64,000 bases of DNA from Vermamoeba vermiformis (lineage: Eukaryota): contig JBEWZL010000200.1 of NCBI GenBank assembly GCA_045837725.1, positions 1 through 64,000 of the forward strand. The letters run 5' to 3'. The position numbers were made by a program, and so were the translations under genes. This document shows positions 52,545-64,000 of the stretch, piece after piece (the stretch's first letter is position 1; every line of letters begins with the position of its first letter). The notes beneath the pieces are model-generated. The model saw only the letters and a program-made list of their open reading frames with translations. It had not been told where the DNA came from and ran no database searches.

Positions 52545-55110
52545 TTATTTATTTTTTAGCAATTCAACGCACTTTTCAGCGTCTTCTCCTCGCCGCATTG
52601 CCTCATCCAAAGCAGTTTCATCGTCAACGTTCTAACAAAATGAAAATCTTAGTTAACGGCACCGTGAACATGATTATATGATACGTACCACTAGTGATGG
52701 ATCGGCACCATTTTCAAGCAAAAATTTAACCACCTAATCGAGATCCAGATTAGTACACCATTCTACGCTTGATCAAGTGGTCCGGTATATATGTATATAC
52801 GGTATTTACATCCCATATATACTATTAAATAGCTTACCTCATCTCTACCGAACTTAGCAGCCAAGTGTAGCGGCGAATCTTTTCCGGGATTGGACTGAGT
52901 ATTGACGAGCAACTTGTCCTTATTTAATATAACCCGGATACTATCAATAGCACCACCCATAGCTGCAACGTGAATAAGCTCGCCACCATCGATGTAAACG
53001 TCGACAAGTTTGTTTGTCAGATCCGGCTTTACACCGTTGTCCAGCAATAGCTGCAAGCCTAAAAACAATAATTATAAGTAATTGAGCGTTATATTAGCGT
53101 AATTATAACTGTGAACTACCTTCAGCAAAGTTTTGAGCGGCCATTTTGTGCGCGATCGTGTTTCCATCGCTGTCTGTGAGCTCTTCAATTAAGTTTGCAT
53201 CAAAATGAAGTTTCTTGTCTTTTGCGAGGTAAGTGAAACAATGCATCGCATGAGACTTGAGCGCAGTTAAAATTAACGTTTCTTGACGGTCATTCTTGAT
53301 AGATGCAAGATCCAGATCCTCCCAACCTAACAACAACATTAGTTCCATATCAGTATTGATTAGGATGAGGTATGATTATGAATTTTAAATTAAAACTGAA
53401 TCGGAATTCCGCTGTTTAAGGAATAGCCCGTCGGAACATTATGTAATCCTAATTTGGTAATTCAGTTTTTTTACGGATCTCGGAGCTTACCGGAAAGAAC
53501 AAATTTCAATGGCCCAATGAGATCTTCTTCTACAAATAAATGGAGGACGCCGCGACCTCCGAATTTCAAATCAAGTACGCCGTGGAAATTGATCGGCACA
53601 ACTAGTGCTTCTTTGTGAGTCGTTATATTCGACAACAACGTATCAAAATTGAAAACATTGCCCACCTATACATAAAATAATATTAGTACTAGTTTAATAG
53701 AGAATAGGATGTTAATCGCCCTACTTTCAACTGAGTTTCAAGCGGAGTTTCGCCGTTGTTATTTTGGACTACGACGGATCCACCAAAGCTCATTAACAAC
53801 TCTAAATACTCCGAAGAGCATGCTGTTAAATGCACGGGTGTATTTCCTGCATTGTTCTTCTTGTTCGGATCTGCTCCATGTTCAAGCAACAATTTAACAT
53901 GATCTGTTTTAATATTGACGCCAGCAGTAAGTTTACGATCACCTACATAAATATTGTTAGTATTATAAAAACAAGGGTATCATGATAGATTGAATTGAAG
54001 TTACCTGCTAAATGTAGGACAGTATTTCCATCCAGATCCGCAACGTTTACGTCGATTAATTTTCGTTCAATAATATCGGTGACAATATCCGTGTTGCTCC
54101 ATATAGCTGCTTCGTGTAGCGGAGTGTATCCCTTGTTATTAGGAGTCGAAATCAACTGCTGGAGCTTCCCGTGATCTACCATAAAAATAAATCACATGAT
54201 TACAATTATTGCCGGAAGTTCGCGTTAGAAATTTAATTTAATATGAAAGCAATATTACGCTTTAATATGATTTTTGTTAAATTTGGAAATGTTTTCGATT
54301 GTGTACGAGATCTTTTTCGGTTTACCTTTTTCGTTTTGCATAAGCAGATCTACTAATAATTTGAAGCACTTGACGTTGCCTTGTCTAGCAGCTTTTAATA
54401 GAGGAGTATCGCCTTGCTTATTTTTTTCAATTAAGCTCGCGCCTTTGCTCGCCAAAACTTCGATAATTGCCGTCGGATCTGCACCTGGTCTTGATAAAAG
54501 CTAAATTGATACATTAATACTAATAATAGTACGAGCATATTAATATGATATTATTTTGCTTACAGCGTGTATTATAGTGTTCCCTTGATCATTTTTTTTG
54601 TTGATATCGGCACCAGCATCGATAAATAATTGGCACATTGGTAAATGATTATTTAAAGCTGCGAAAAATAAGCAACTATTGCCCTTTTCATCGGTCACAT
54701 CGACTTTAGCCTTATTAAAATTAAATAAATTAGAAAAAAATCTGAAAAATTACCGTATCTATATTTCTTGGGATTACTTACGCCTGCCTTCGTAATTAAA
54801 TATTTACATGTATCAAGTGATCTATTTACAGCATTTGTCGCAGCCAAAAGTGAGTTTGTAAGTCCGGATCTTCCGCGTTTTTGAATCGTATTTGGGTTAG
54901 CTCCTAGAGATCGATTAATATGTTAATTTTATTAAAATAATACGCACCCTTGCTAATTAACACGTCCAATATTTCTTCGGACACGCCCAATCCGGATGCT
55001 TGAAACAAAATCTCATCCAATGAGGTTTGCAAGTTTTCAGCTGGAATTTTAGCTATTAGGTCCACTAATGCGGACTTATCGCCCTTCTGTAGTACACCTA
55101 ACGAGTCCAT
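52545..55110 (-). CDS. Multi-ankyrin-repeat protein
   Basis: GDTPLLKAARQG, GYTPLHEAA, GNTVLHLA, GNTPVHL, DSPLHLAAKFG across about 12 exons. Confidence 0.9.
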
Positions 55111-55223
55111 CGTAAAAATGACACAAACACCCCTGCGAAAGATTTTTTGGCTTAAATTTTTTGCGCGCCATTTTGCAATATAATTTTTGAATTTCAAACG
55201 TCGATTTGGCGAGAGAATACAGC
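55111..55223. promoter_or_regulatory. Probable bidirectional promoter
   Basis: Only 113 bp separate the divergent start codons of the ankyrin gene and XRCC4. Confidence 0.55.
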
Positions 55224-57404
55224 ATGGAAGTTACTATTAGTCGATTTAAATTAGCAGGAACGCTATTTTATTTCAATTGTCGCTGGTTCGACACGTATTT
55301 TGAGGTCGATCTTTCAGATGGCAAATACGTCTGGCAAGGCAACGGTAAGATCTGGCTGTATTTTGAAATAAACTATTTTTTAATATTTTTAATAGCGACG
55401 AGAGAATATATTGAAGAAGAACTCAAGCCTAAAGGCATGGATTTTTCAGAATATATTAATTTAGTCAAAGAAGCGTTTGCCGTTCAAGATCTGACCAAGA
55501 AAAAATTCTCGTATGGTATTCAAAAAGGCGATACGAGTAATCAACTTAAGGTACGATTAAAATCGCCAGATCCAGCGTTCTGAACGAAATGTTTTTTTCC
55601 TAGCTGATCTGGAGTATTCATTTGGGCGAAGACGATGAAGAAGTTAAATTTGCGGTAATATCTTGATCATAATAATAATTCTGTTAAAAGTTGCTCGCTC
55701 TTATACCGTATAACAGATGCAAGGTCTGCTTATTGTTGAACGTATCGCTGAATCTCGACAAGTGATTCAAAAATATTTTGATTGGCTTATTGACAACAAG
55801 GTCAAGTTAGAGGTACGACTAATAGAATAAGAGATAATGGATTTCTGAATCGAGATCTAACTTTTGATCCAAGGAGGAGAACAGAGAATTGAAGAGAGTT
55901 AACAAATCGGTTTCTAATCAACGAGATCTGGCTATTAAACAATTTGATCAATTGATTATCGAGAAACAATGTCTTGAAACTGAACTCTACGGCAAGGTAA
56001 GAGATCTTGCTCTATTTAAATACCGCCGCTAACTTCTATGATAACAGTTCGTAGAATTGCTTAACGAGAAAAAAAAGAAGATCAGAGAACTGAAAGATGA
56101 ACGTAAGTTTGAAAACAGATCCGTTACAAAAAAACTCCTCTAATTCTTGTCGTTCAGTGAAAGCGAGACCTTTTCAACGCCAACACTCGCAATCCATTGA
56201 ATTACAAGGCAGTGACGACGAGAGCGAGAGCGAAGATGGATTGAATAGTACAATGGTACGTACAATCGATTTCAATGCTTCGCGTACTGACGGATCCAGC
56301 TTCAAACAGGAGACTCCCAAAGCGCATTAGAACAACGACAACTGGGCTCACATTCGACAGCAACGTTTAATATGAGTATTAACCACATGGCAACCCCATC
56401 GATGGATCTGCTCGCGACTGAAGAATCGGCTGTATTAGAACCTGTAATTAGACGAAGGTACGACCAAAATTAATTAATTCTAGTCACGTGACATTACCTA
56501 ATTTGGAATAATATTATGAAGGTACCGCCCGAACTTCCCAAAACAGAGCACTAACGTCACGGCGATGAAACAAACGACTGAGTTTGGATCTCCTATTCAA
56601 TCGCCGATTAAAATGTTATCGCCACTTTCTACTACTAAAAAACGAAAACGATCTGAAATGGAATCTCCGACTAATAATGCGACATCCAAGAAGAGTTCTA
56701 AAAATAGTCCGGATGCGAAACCAAGTGGCAAGGCAACGTCGTCTTCAAAGACTTCTACGAGCAAGACAGCAGTTGAAAATACGAGCAAAAATTCCAAGAA
56801 TACTAAGAACAATAATGATTCGCCGCCAGCCATTACAAAGACTAAAAATAGGTGCAAAAACGTCTCACCACCGAATAACCATAAGAAGACATCTCCACCG
56901 ACAAAGAGCACCAAGAATAATACCAATACGCCCAGTAAGACTAATAACAATCATAACAATGACGTTAATAGTCCGACGGCGAAGAAGATCGGTCAAAATT
57001 TCCTTAAGAAAAAAACAGCCGCATCCAACACCATTCAACGACCAGACCCCATTAGAATTGCAATTAACAACGAAAATATCGATACTAGCAATATTTCAAT
57101 CAAATCTCCGTCGTTATCGCACAACACTAACACATCCAATAACTCGCACATGACCAACGTAGATCTGACAAACAATCCAATTACGAGCCAATTAAGCAGC
57201 AGTTACAGCGATTTGCCGTTGAAATCTCCTGAAAAGAAGACAGTTCAAAAACTATTCAAACAGCCTGCACCGACTTCAAAATCATCGGTCAAAGATGAGC
57301 CAGCGAAAAAATCTAAAAATGGACCTGGCAGTAATTATAATCAACCGTTGAATTTAACTCTTGAAGATGACGCTAGCGAATTGATTAATATGATGAGCTA
57401 TTAA
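55224..57404 (+). CDS. XRCC4: DNA repair protein XRCC4 homolog
   Basis: Head domain FEVDLSDGKYVWQG...MDFSEYINLVKEAF; coiled coil EKQCLETELYGK|FVELLNEKKKKIREL; long disordered tail. Confidence 0.85.
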
Positions 57405-57562
57405 TAGCGCAAACTAACCACCTGGTTAGCACTTAACGCTGGTCAAGTACCGCAACCTGTAAATTGTTTATTAAACCTGTACCATAACATTAATTCTAAT
57501 ACTTTAACGTGTTGTGAAGATTTTTGGCCTTTAGATAATAATTGATATACAGTCTATCTGTT

Positions 57563-59750
57563 CTAATCACTATCGCTGTCTGACTCATCCTCGTTTTTTT
57601 GCTCGTTGTTGCTTTGATAAGAATCAGAAGAAGCGTCGTCACTATCAGATTCGTAATGTTCTGCATCAGAGTCGTTTGAATTGAGAATCAAGTCTTCTGG
57701 ATCTGGTCCAGATCCACTATCAGAATCAGAGTCAACCTCGTCTCCGACAGGTTTCGAAGCAGGTCGTGTGTAATAGGTCTCTATTGAGGACAACGAAACT
57801 ATTGTGTCGAAAACTCGGAAGTCTTCGACATCTAAAATCAGTTTTCTGATCAGCCATTCGAGTGAGAATTTTTTGCCAACAACGTATTGATTCAACACTC
57901 TATCAATGATATCCACGACTTCCTGGTGTCTAAATTTAAATTTAGGATACTTCGTGTTTCTCGGTTCGTAGGGCCCGCTGTACGCAATCAACAGCCTCTC
58001 TAAATCTTTTTCTTTTAGAACTGCGGTCATAGGCTTCCAACCAATGCCGTTGACGTAAACATTTACCATTTGCGATCCTCGTTCGGAAAATAACTTTAAT
58101 TGAAAATTGTCAGTCAAAGTCGAGTTCCCTTTAGTCATTGCACTTACTATTTGTATAGTGACTTTCAATTGCAATGAATCCGAAAAAATCAATTTGATGA
58201 TATGAGTCGCCACGTATGCAACGTCAAATGGCGGATCCACTGAAAAATAAGCGTCAGCAATAAGTTAACTCCAAAAATTTTGATTACTTGACGATTCGAT
58301 TGCTGGAACGAAAGATGTTTCGGTTTTGACGAATTCAAGGATGGGCAGAGTATTTTCCACGTATTTCTTCATTGTTTTAGCCTCCGCGTCTCGGTAGAAA
58401 TCTCTATCGTCGCACAAATTGGCCATGCGAAGGTTTCCCAAGACCCAAGTGTTTGTAAAACCCCTTAATAACGTGTAAAATTGCTCGGCCTCCTCGTACG
58501 AGTGGAAAGTAGGATTGAGATCTAGCACTTTTTGCTTGATCTGCTGGAAAACCTCGACACAGGGGTATTGAGCTTTCTTATGGGCGAGCTTCGGTAAATA
58601 ACGGTTACTATAAGTATCTAGGACCTCTTATATGCTGTTAAACGTACCACAGGAGCAACTTCTTTTTCTTTGAGCGGGATCTTGTTCGGCATAAAAGGTA
58701 CATTGGGAGATTTCGTGAGCCCTTTTGACACGATTGAAAAATTGATCGTTTGCCAATTGATTGCTATATTAGTAAATCCGTGAATAGCAAGCAAAAAGCG
58801 CGGGAAAAGGAACTGTTTCTCGTCTTCAGCCAAACTCCATTCTACGCATCCGAATTCTGCTGCCAAGCTAAGCGAGTTTAATACCGTAGTAATTGAAACA
58901 TATGCGAGTATGAGTACTTATTGAAGGCAGTTCTATTTAGCCTGAACGATGCTGGCGTGGTATGGTCATGTCTGATCAGCAAGCCCAAGTATTTCGCAGG
59001 GCTTTTGAATTGTGTTCTGATCTGCTTTCTTTTCTTTTGGAGTAAATCACTGATGTCTTCATTCTTTACATCTTCGGCGAATGTCATAGCGCCACCAACA
59101 AACTGATGGCATTGTTCGCGTTGCAATGGGAACGAATCCAGAAAAACTGGTAGGTACAAAAGATTGTCAGCGTGAAGCAAAAGATATTAATTTAACCTTT
59201 TGTACCTATTTTATGAGTATCATTTGCTACTCGGCTAGCGATCAGAGTTTCTGGTGAACCCACGAGGAAAGTAAATCCAGCGAAAATGTCCTTTGCCTTA
59301 GCCCGATCTTCCGGCTTGTTGAATATTTTATCGATCACAAACGGGATAGTTTGACGTAATCGCTTTGCAAATATGAACTAAAAAAGGTAATAATATTATT
59401 TTCGGATTTAAAAAATTTTAAATTCGGTTAGGGCTTACGCCTGTAAGATCCGACGTCGCGAACCCAACAGTAGAAGAGTTCATGTCTTTGGTAGAAAATC
59501 TGACGCCTTTAGTTAAGGCTTGTAATTTTGGCAACAGCTGAATAAATTGAGGACCACAGAAATGCGTTGCAATGCTGCTGAACTTCTTGTTGACTAATCT
59601 ACAAGCCAAAAGACTGTCTGTTGTGCGTTCGATAGCTTCATAATCATCAGGCGATTTAAGGACAGTCACGTAGGTCGGCGATCGGCTGGTCTTTGCCTCG
59701 TCGATGATTTTCGCGAGGATTTCCTGTGGTAAGTCTAATATTGAGCTCAT
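57563..59750 (-). CDS. F-box protein with acidic Asp/Ser C-terminus
   Basis: SILDLPQEILAKII...LLACRLVNKKFSSIA; several spliced exons; a further 5' exon near 60037-60155 is possible. Confidence 0.72.
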
Positions 59751-60549
59751 CACTGTTGCCAAGCTTACAAAATACTGAAGAATAAAAATGCAATTATTTT
59801 TAGCTCCTAAATAGAAAAAATCTCTCGAGCGAGATTGCAGAGTAGGATGTTATCCATATAAATAGGATTAGTTGCATCGCTTGCATCGGCAAAAACGAGG
59901 ATATGCAATAATATGCTGTATCATTATTGCTGTCTAGACGACTGGCATGAACCACGTGGTTCAATAAGGTTTTTCCATTCTTGGCATTTGGACTAATTGT
60001 TATTCTAATCATCGATAACAACTACAATCGACTTACCAAGCTCTTCGACGATGCCTTTCGAACCAACATCTCGCGAGAATCGTCGTCCGTTGCCGCTGAC
60101 CTTCTGCATGACTTTCGTTGGCCAAATCCACGAACTCAGGCGTCGCATGCGCATCAGACCTAGCTGGGCTAAAGTAAATATTAGTAATGCTGCGTTTAAA
60201 GGTACGAGTATTACGTACTGACCTTTGTGGTAGCGTGTTGAGAGAGTCGAATCCGCGCCAGTACAAATGGGATTGACTACTGATTACTTTTCGATCTTTT
60301 TATTTTGATAATACATTGTAAGAAGTTAATAAACGACTAATATTAACAAATGGAGATTAAAATAAAAATTAAAATTGAGTTTTCTCGATCCAAATACTTC
60401 GACCTTGAAATTAGCCGAAATATATGAATAGAGAACATAAATAATTTAAAAAACATTCGCCATGGATTGTAGCGAGTCTATTATCACAATATTGTATTTT
60501 TTGGCAATGAAGAGTTGAAGCCAAAATTTTTGTTGGTACATCCACTCGC

Positions 60550-63500
60550 TTACTGAATGGTGCACCGCTTCTTCTTGCCCTTCTTTCCCCTCTTGCCATT
60601 CTTTTTACGTCCTCGTCCTGATCGAGACTTTTCTTCGCTGCGATGAGCGTTGGCAGTATTGTTTCGAGAACTCTCAGCAGGTCGCTCAGTTACCTAATGA
60701 TAACGATCGCATTAGCTTATTGCTATCATTGATTGATTGTAGTAATGATTGTATCGCTAACATTATGGCTACTTACTCTTGGGGTTGAGGAGGTGGATGC
60801 GCTTCCGCTGCCGGATTTGCTGCCTTTTGAACTACAGAAAATAGTTAGCTCGTGCATTACTTATTACTAAGCAAAATATGAATATGAAAGCAGTTACAAG
60901 CCACTAATCAAATTTAAAACTCATTTTCAAGATCTTAGCGCGCTTTTGGATTCGATTTGTAATTATCATAAAACAATACTTCTACTCGTGTTAATAAACT
61001 ATTACGCACCTTCCAAGCTGTCTGAAAGGTCCAGATCGACGAGAATCGTCTCGTTCACCACCAGCCTCCTTAGGTTCAAAGCTCTCGGCTGGAGCAGGAT
61101 TAAAGGGATCATCGTAATCGCCAGCAGGTGCAGGTGCCTCTCCGTACAAGGTCTTATATTCCTCGCGCTTACGAGCCTCTTCAATTTCCCAATCGAACAA
61201 ACTCTCCTCAGATGCGTTGTTCTTCTCCAACAAACCTATTCGATTATCGTTAGAAAAGCCAAAAATAACCTCTTTAAGCAACCAATATATTATTGTAATA
61301 TTTTTAGCTCGTTGCACGGCATTATAACTTACTCTTCATCAGATCGGTCAAATAATCGTAGTTCGGTCGGTCTTCATAGCGCAAAGTCTTGAGGTGATTC
61401 ATAAACTTCAAAAATTCCTCAGGCAAGCCCTTGACTAGTCGTTCATTGTTATAAGCTAATTTCATATCTCGAACTTTATCGAGGTTAGAAATTCCTCGCA
61501 GATGTGCCCATGGAACTGTGCCAGTATAGAACTCGACTAAGACGTATAATAGTGACCACAAGTCATCACGACGACCTTGTTCTTTCTGTAATGAAACAAT
61601 AATTAGCTCGGGGAGCGAATAAAAATTGTCAACGCGAGGAGTCACATCCACGCAAAAATATTTCGATTATTTATATGTGCTTACCCTCAAATGAGTATTG
61701 ATAGACATATATCGTCGAGAGCCAACCCATCGCGCAGTCTTTCGTTTCTACAAATAAAAAGTATGTCAAAAAATGTCTTGTGAATATGGCGCCTGTCAGC
61801 ACATTGACGAAGCGGTAGATCAGTCCCAAAAAATTCAATAACATCGTAATTACGATATGCTGACAATAGATGTCGAGCACTATTGTAACAAGTGTATTGA
61901 GTATAGAAGGGAAGTCACGAAGGGGAAATTTATATTCGTAAACTTCATGTGAATTTTGATCATACCACGAGTTTTCAGCAATAAAAAAACTCCTACTCGC
62001 GATCGGAGCTAGCGTAATACGAACAAATATATGACTATAATATCTATCTCAATATTAAATTCGAATGATCGTTTGACTTACAGGTCTAACGCCTCCGTCA
62101 GGTCTGAAATGTCGTCTGCTAAGTCCAAAATCGATAATAATAACAGTACGCGGATTGCCAGTTCGTTTCGTGCCTAATACAAAATTGCCCTAAAATAATA
62201 AATTGACCGTTAGAAAAAATGAATTGGGTGGCACACCACGCCATAAATCAAGTATTTAATTTGGATTGGCAAACACCGAAAATAATTCGAGCTATTTTTA
62301 GTTTTAAAAATATTTCGACTAAAATTGAACCAGAAGGAGGAGATTTAACCAATCAAGATGAAGGATCAAGATCCGATCTAATGAAACAAATAAATAAAGA
62401 CTTACGGGTTTTATATCTCTATGAAGATATCCTCGGTCATGCACTTCTTTAACTGCACGAATAGTTTGAATTGCTAGCAATGCCGTCGTAGTGAGAGAAA
62501 ATCGATGATCTGCTTGTTTTCGTCTCAAACTGCTCAAATTATCGGCATAGAGGTCCATAACTAATATATAAGGATGATTAGTATTTTTCGCTCGGGAACT
62601 TGACGTAAAAGCTCCAAAATAATACAGCGTTGGTAGATCCCGCTTGCTGATCGACAACGCCGTTCTGTGAATTCTGGCAATAATGAAATATTTCTCCAAA
62701 ATAAAGAATGAGAGTTGTCATCTCTTTCTTGAATGATTCACGCAGAACGCAATTCGCAAAATAAATTATTTTCCTGATCGGGCAATCAAGACATCAAAAT
62801 AATGGTATGTCCCATAACTTACTCATATAATTGACTTGGTCCTTATGGCGGCCAGTTGATAAGAGTCGTGGTACATATTTACAGCCTATAATCAAAACAA
62901 AGTCCGTTAGTAATCTCGCTCCATGGATCTCGCATAGAATTTAAGGATTTTACAAAGTTGCACGTGCATAAATAAAGTTTAATATCGGTGACTATGAGGG
63001 TATAATCCTATAGCAATACGTTCTTCGGAGAGCTAAATTGTAAAACTAGATTTGCTCGTTGGAAAAAAGATATTGAATTATTGTGCGTTTGTATAGTAAA
63101 ATAATGATATGTGCGGTGATCAATGAACGTTATATGTTCTATTTGCGCGTAAATTTCCAATACCAAAGGTTTAATTATTGAATTGGAAGTTTGATCGAGC
63201 GTTAGAATCCGAAAACATTGCAAAATTAGAGCGGCTAATCGTATTTTCATTATATTTGTGTTATATTACATATAAATACGGTATTCCACGCTCAGAGAGG
63301 CTATTTGAAGGTTATCTATGACCAGATTTGATCGGGCCCGTAAATTTTTGAATGGGCGCAATTTGATAATTGAATAAAGTGGTCTTAAAAATATCATACA
63401 TATCAAATTATATGCACGTCCAATGTAATCATTATTGTATTAATTACGATATTTTTCCGTTATGATTTTTCAGTTTTAATAAAGATGCGAGTTAATATTT

Positions 63501-63835
63501 TCTCCAATGGCTTACCTTTTAAATTTCTTAATATCCTTTCTTCTTCTAATAAATTTCCAGGTTTACTAAGTCGTTCTACTTTCACAGCGACGGAGTCTCC
63601 GGTCCTAACATGTCTTGCTGAATATATTTCACCTAATTTATTGCATATTAAATCAATCCAGTAATAATAATATTGATAATATTGCTGGCGTATTAATAAT
63701 ATTATGATAATTACCATAACCTCCTTTGCCTAATCTCTTCACAATTTTGTATTTTTCATCAATGACGTCGCCCTCGCTGAAAATATCTTCCTCTTCTTCA
63801 GCGGCACTACCTTCATTTCTGCCTTGCTGCGCCAT
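60550..63835 (-). CDS. CK1-group kinase, tau-tubulin kinase-like
   Basis: LGKGGYG|EIY, VAVKVE, YLHRDIKP, IIDFGLS, RYMSINTH, EQGRRDDLWSLLY; ends KRGKKGKKKRCTIQ*. Confidence 0.92.
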
Positions 63836-64000
63836 TGTGTTATTATTGATGTCTAGACAGGCCGAACACGCAACAAAAACACAAAATTAAAATTTAGCGA
63901 GCGCTAGATAAACTTCATAAAACGGATGCACAATTTTTTCTGTCAGGCGACTCCGACATTGCCAATTATGCTTGTAGCAAGTAATGACAACCCTCATTAC

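Noticed and set aside
57413-57430. Hairpin ctaacca-cc-tggttag as a tRNA or terminator
   Set aside because: Isolated short palindrome with no cloverleaf or A/B boxes
1-64000. CRISPR array, prokaryotic operon/defence system, transposon or alternative genetic code
   Set aside because: No repeat-spacer array, transposase or RT motifs; ORF fragmentation is explained by spliceosomal introns; TAA, TAG and TGA all act as stops

Overview
Gene-dense, AT-rich, intron-rich eukaryotic DNA using the standard genetic code with short spliceosomal introns; it looks like an amoebozoan or similar protist, but the taxon is inferred. Gene models were spliced by eye, so internal exon boundaries are approximate. 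Contents: a four-copy S53 (TPP1/sedolisin-like) peptidase cluster (two intact copies, one intact copy with all three catalytic residues replaced, one mosaic/deleted copy), an alpha/beta hydrolase, several F-box-type genes, an unknown His/Gly-tailed protein, two ankyrin proteins, two related coiled-coil proteins, a gamma-glutamylcyclotransferase, a Kelch-BTB protein, a DOCK GEF with large low-complexity insertions, ERG28, a frameshifted propeller-EGF surface protein, two duplicated S8 subtilases, a P2C ATPase, three tandem LRR-like paralogs with homogenised C-termini, XRCC4 and a TTBK/CK1-like kinase ending in polybasic+CaaX. The least explained element is a ~370-nt hairpin-dense non-coding stretch at 229-600 that looks like an unassigned minus-strand structured RNA. 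No rRNA, tRNA, CRISPR array or recognisable transposon was seen.
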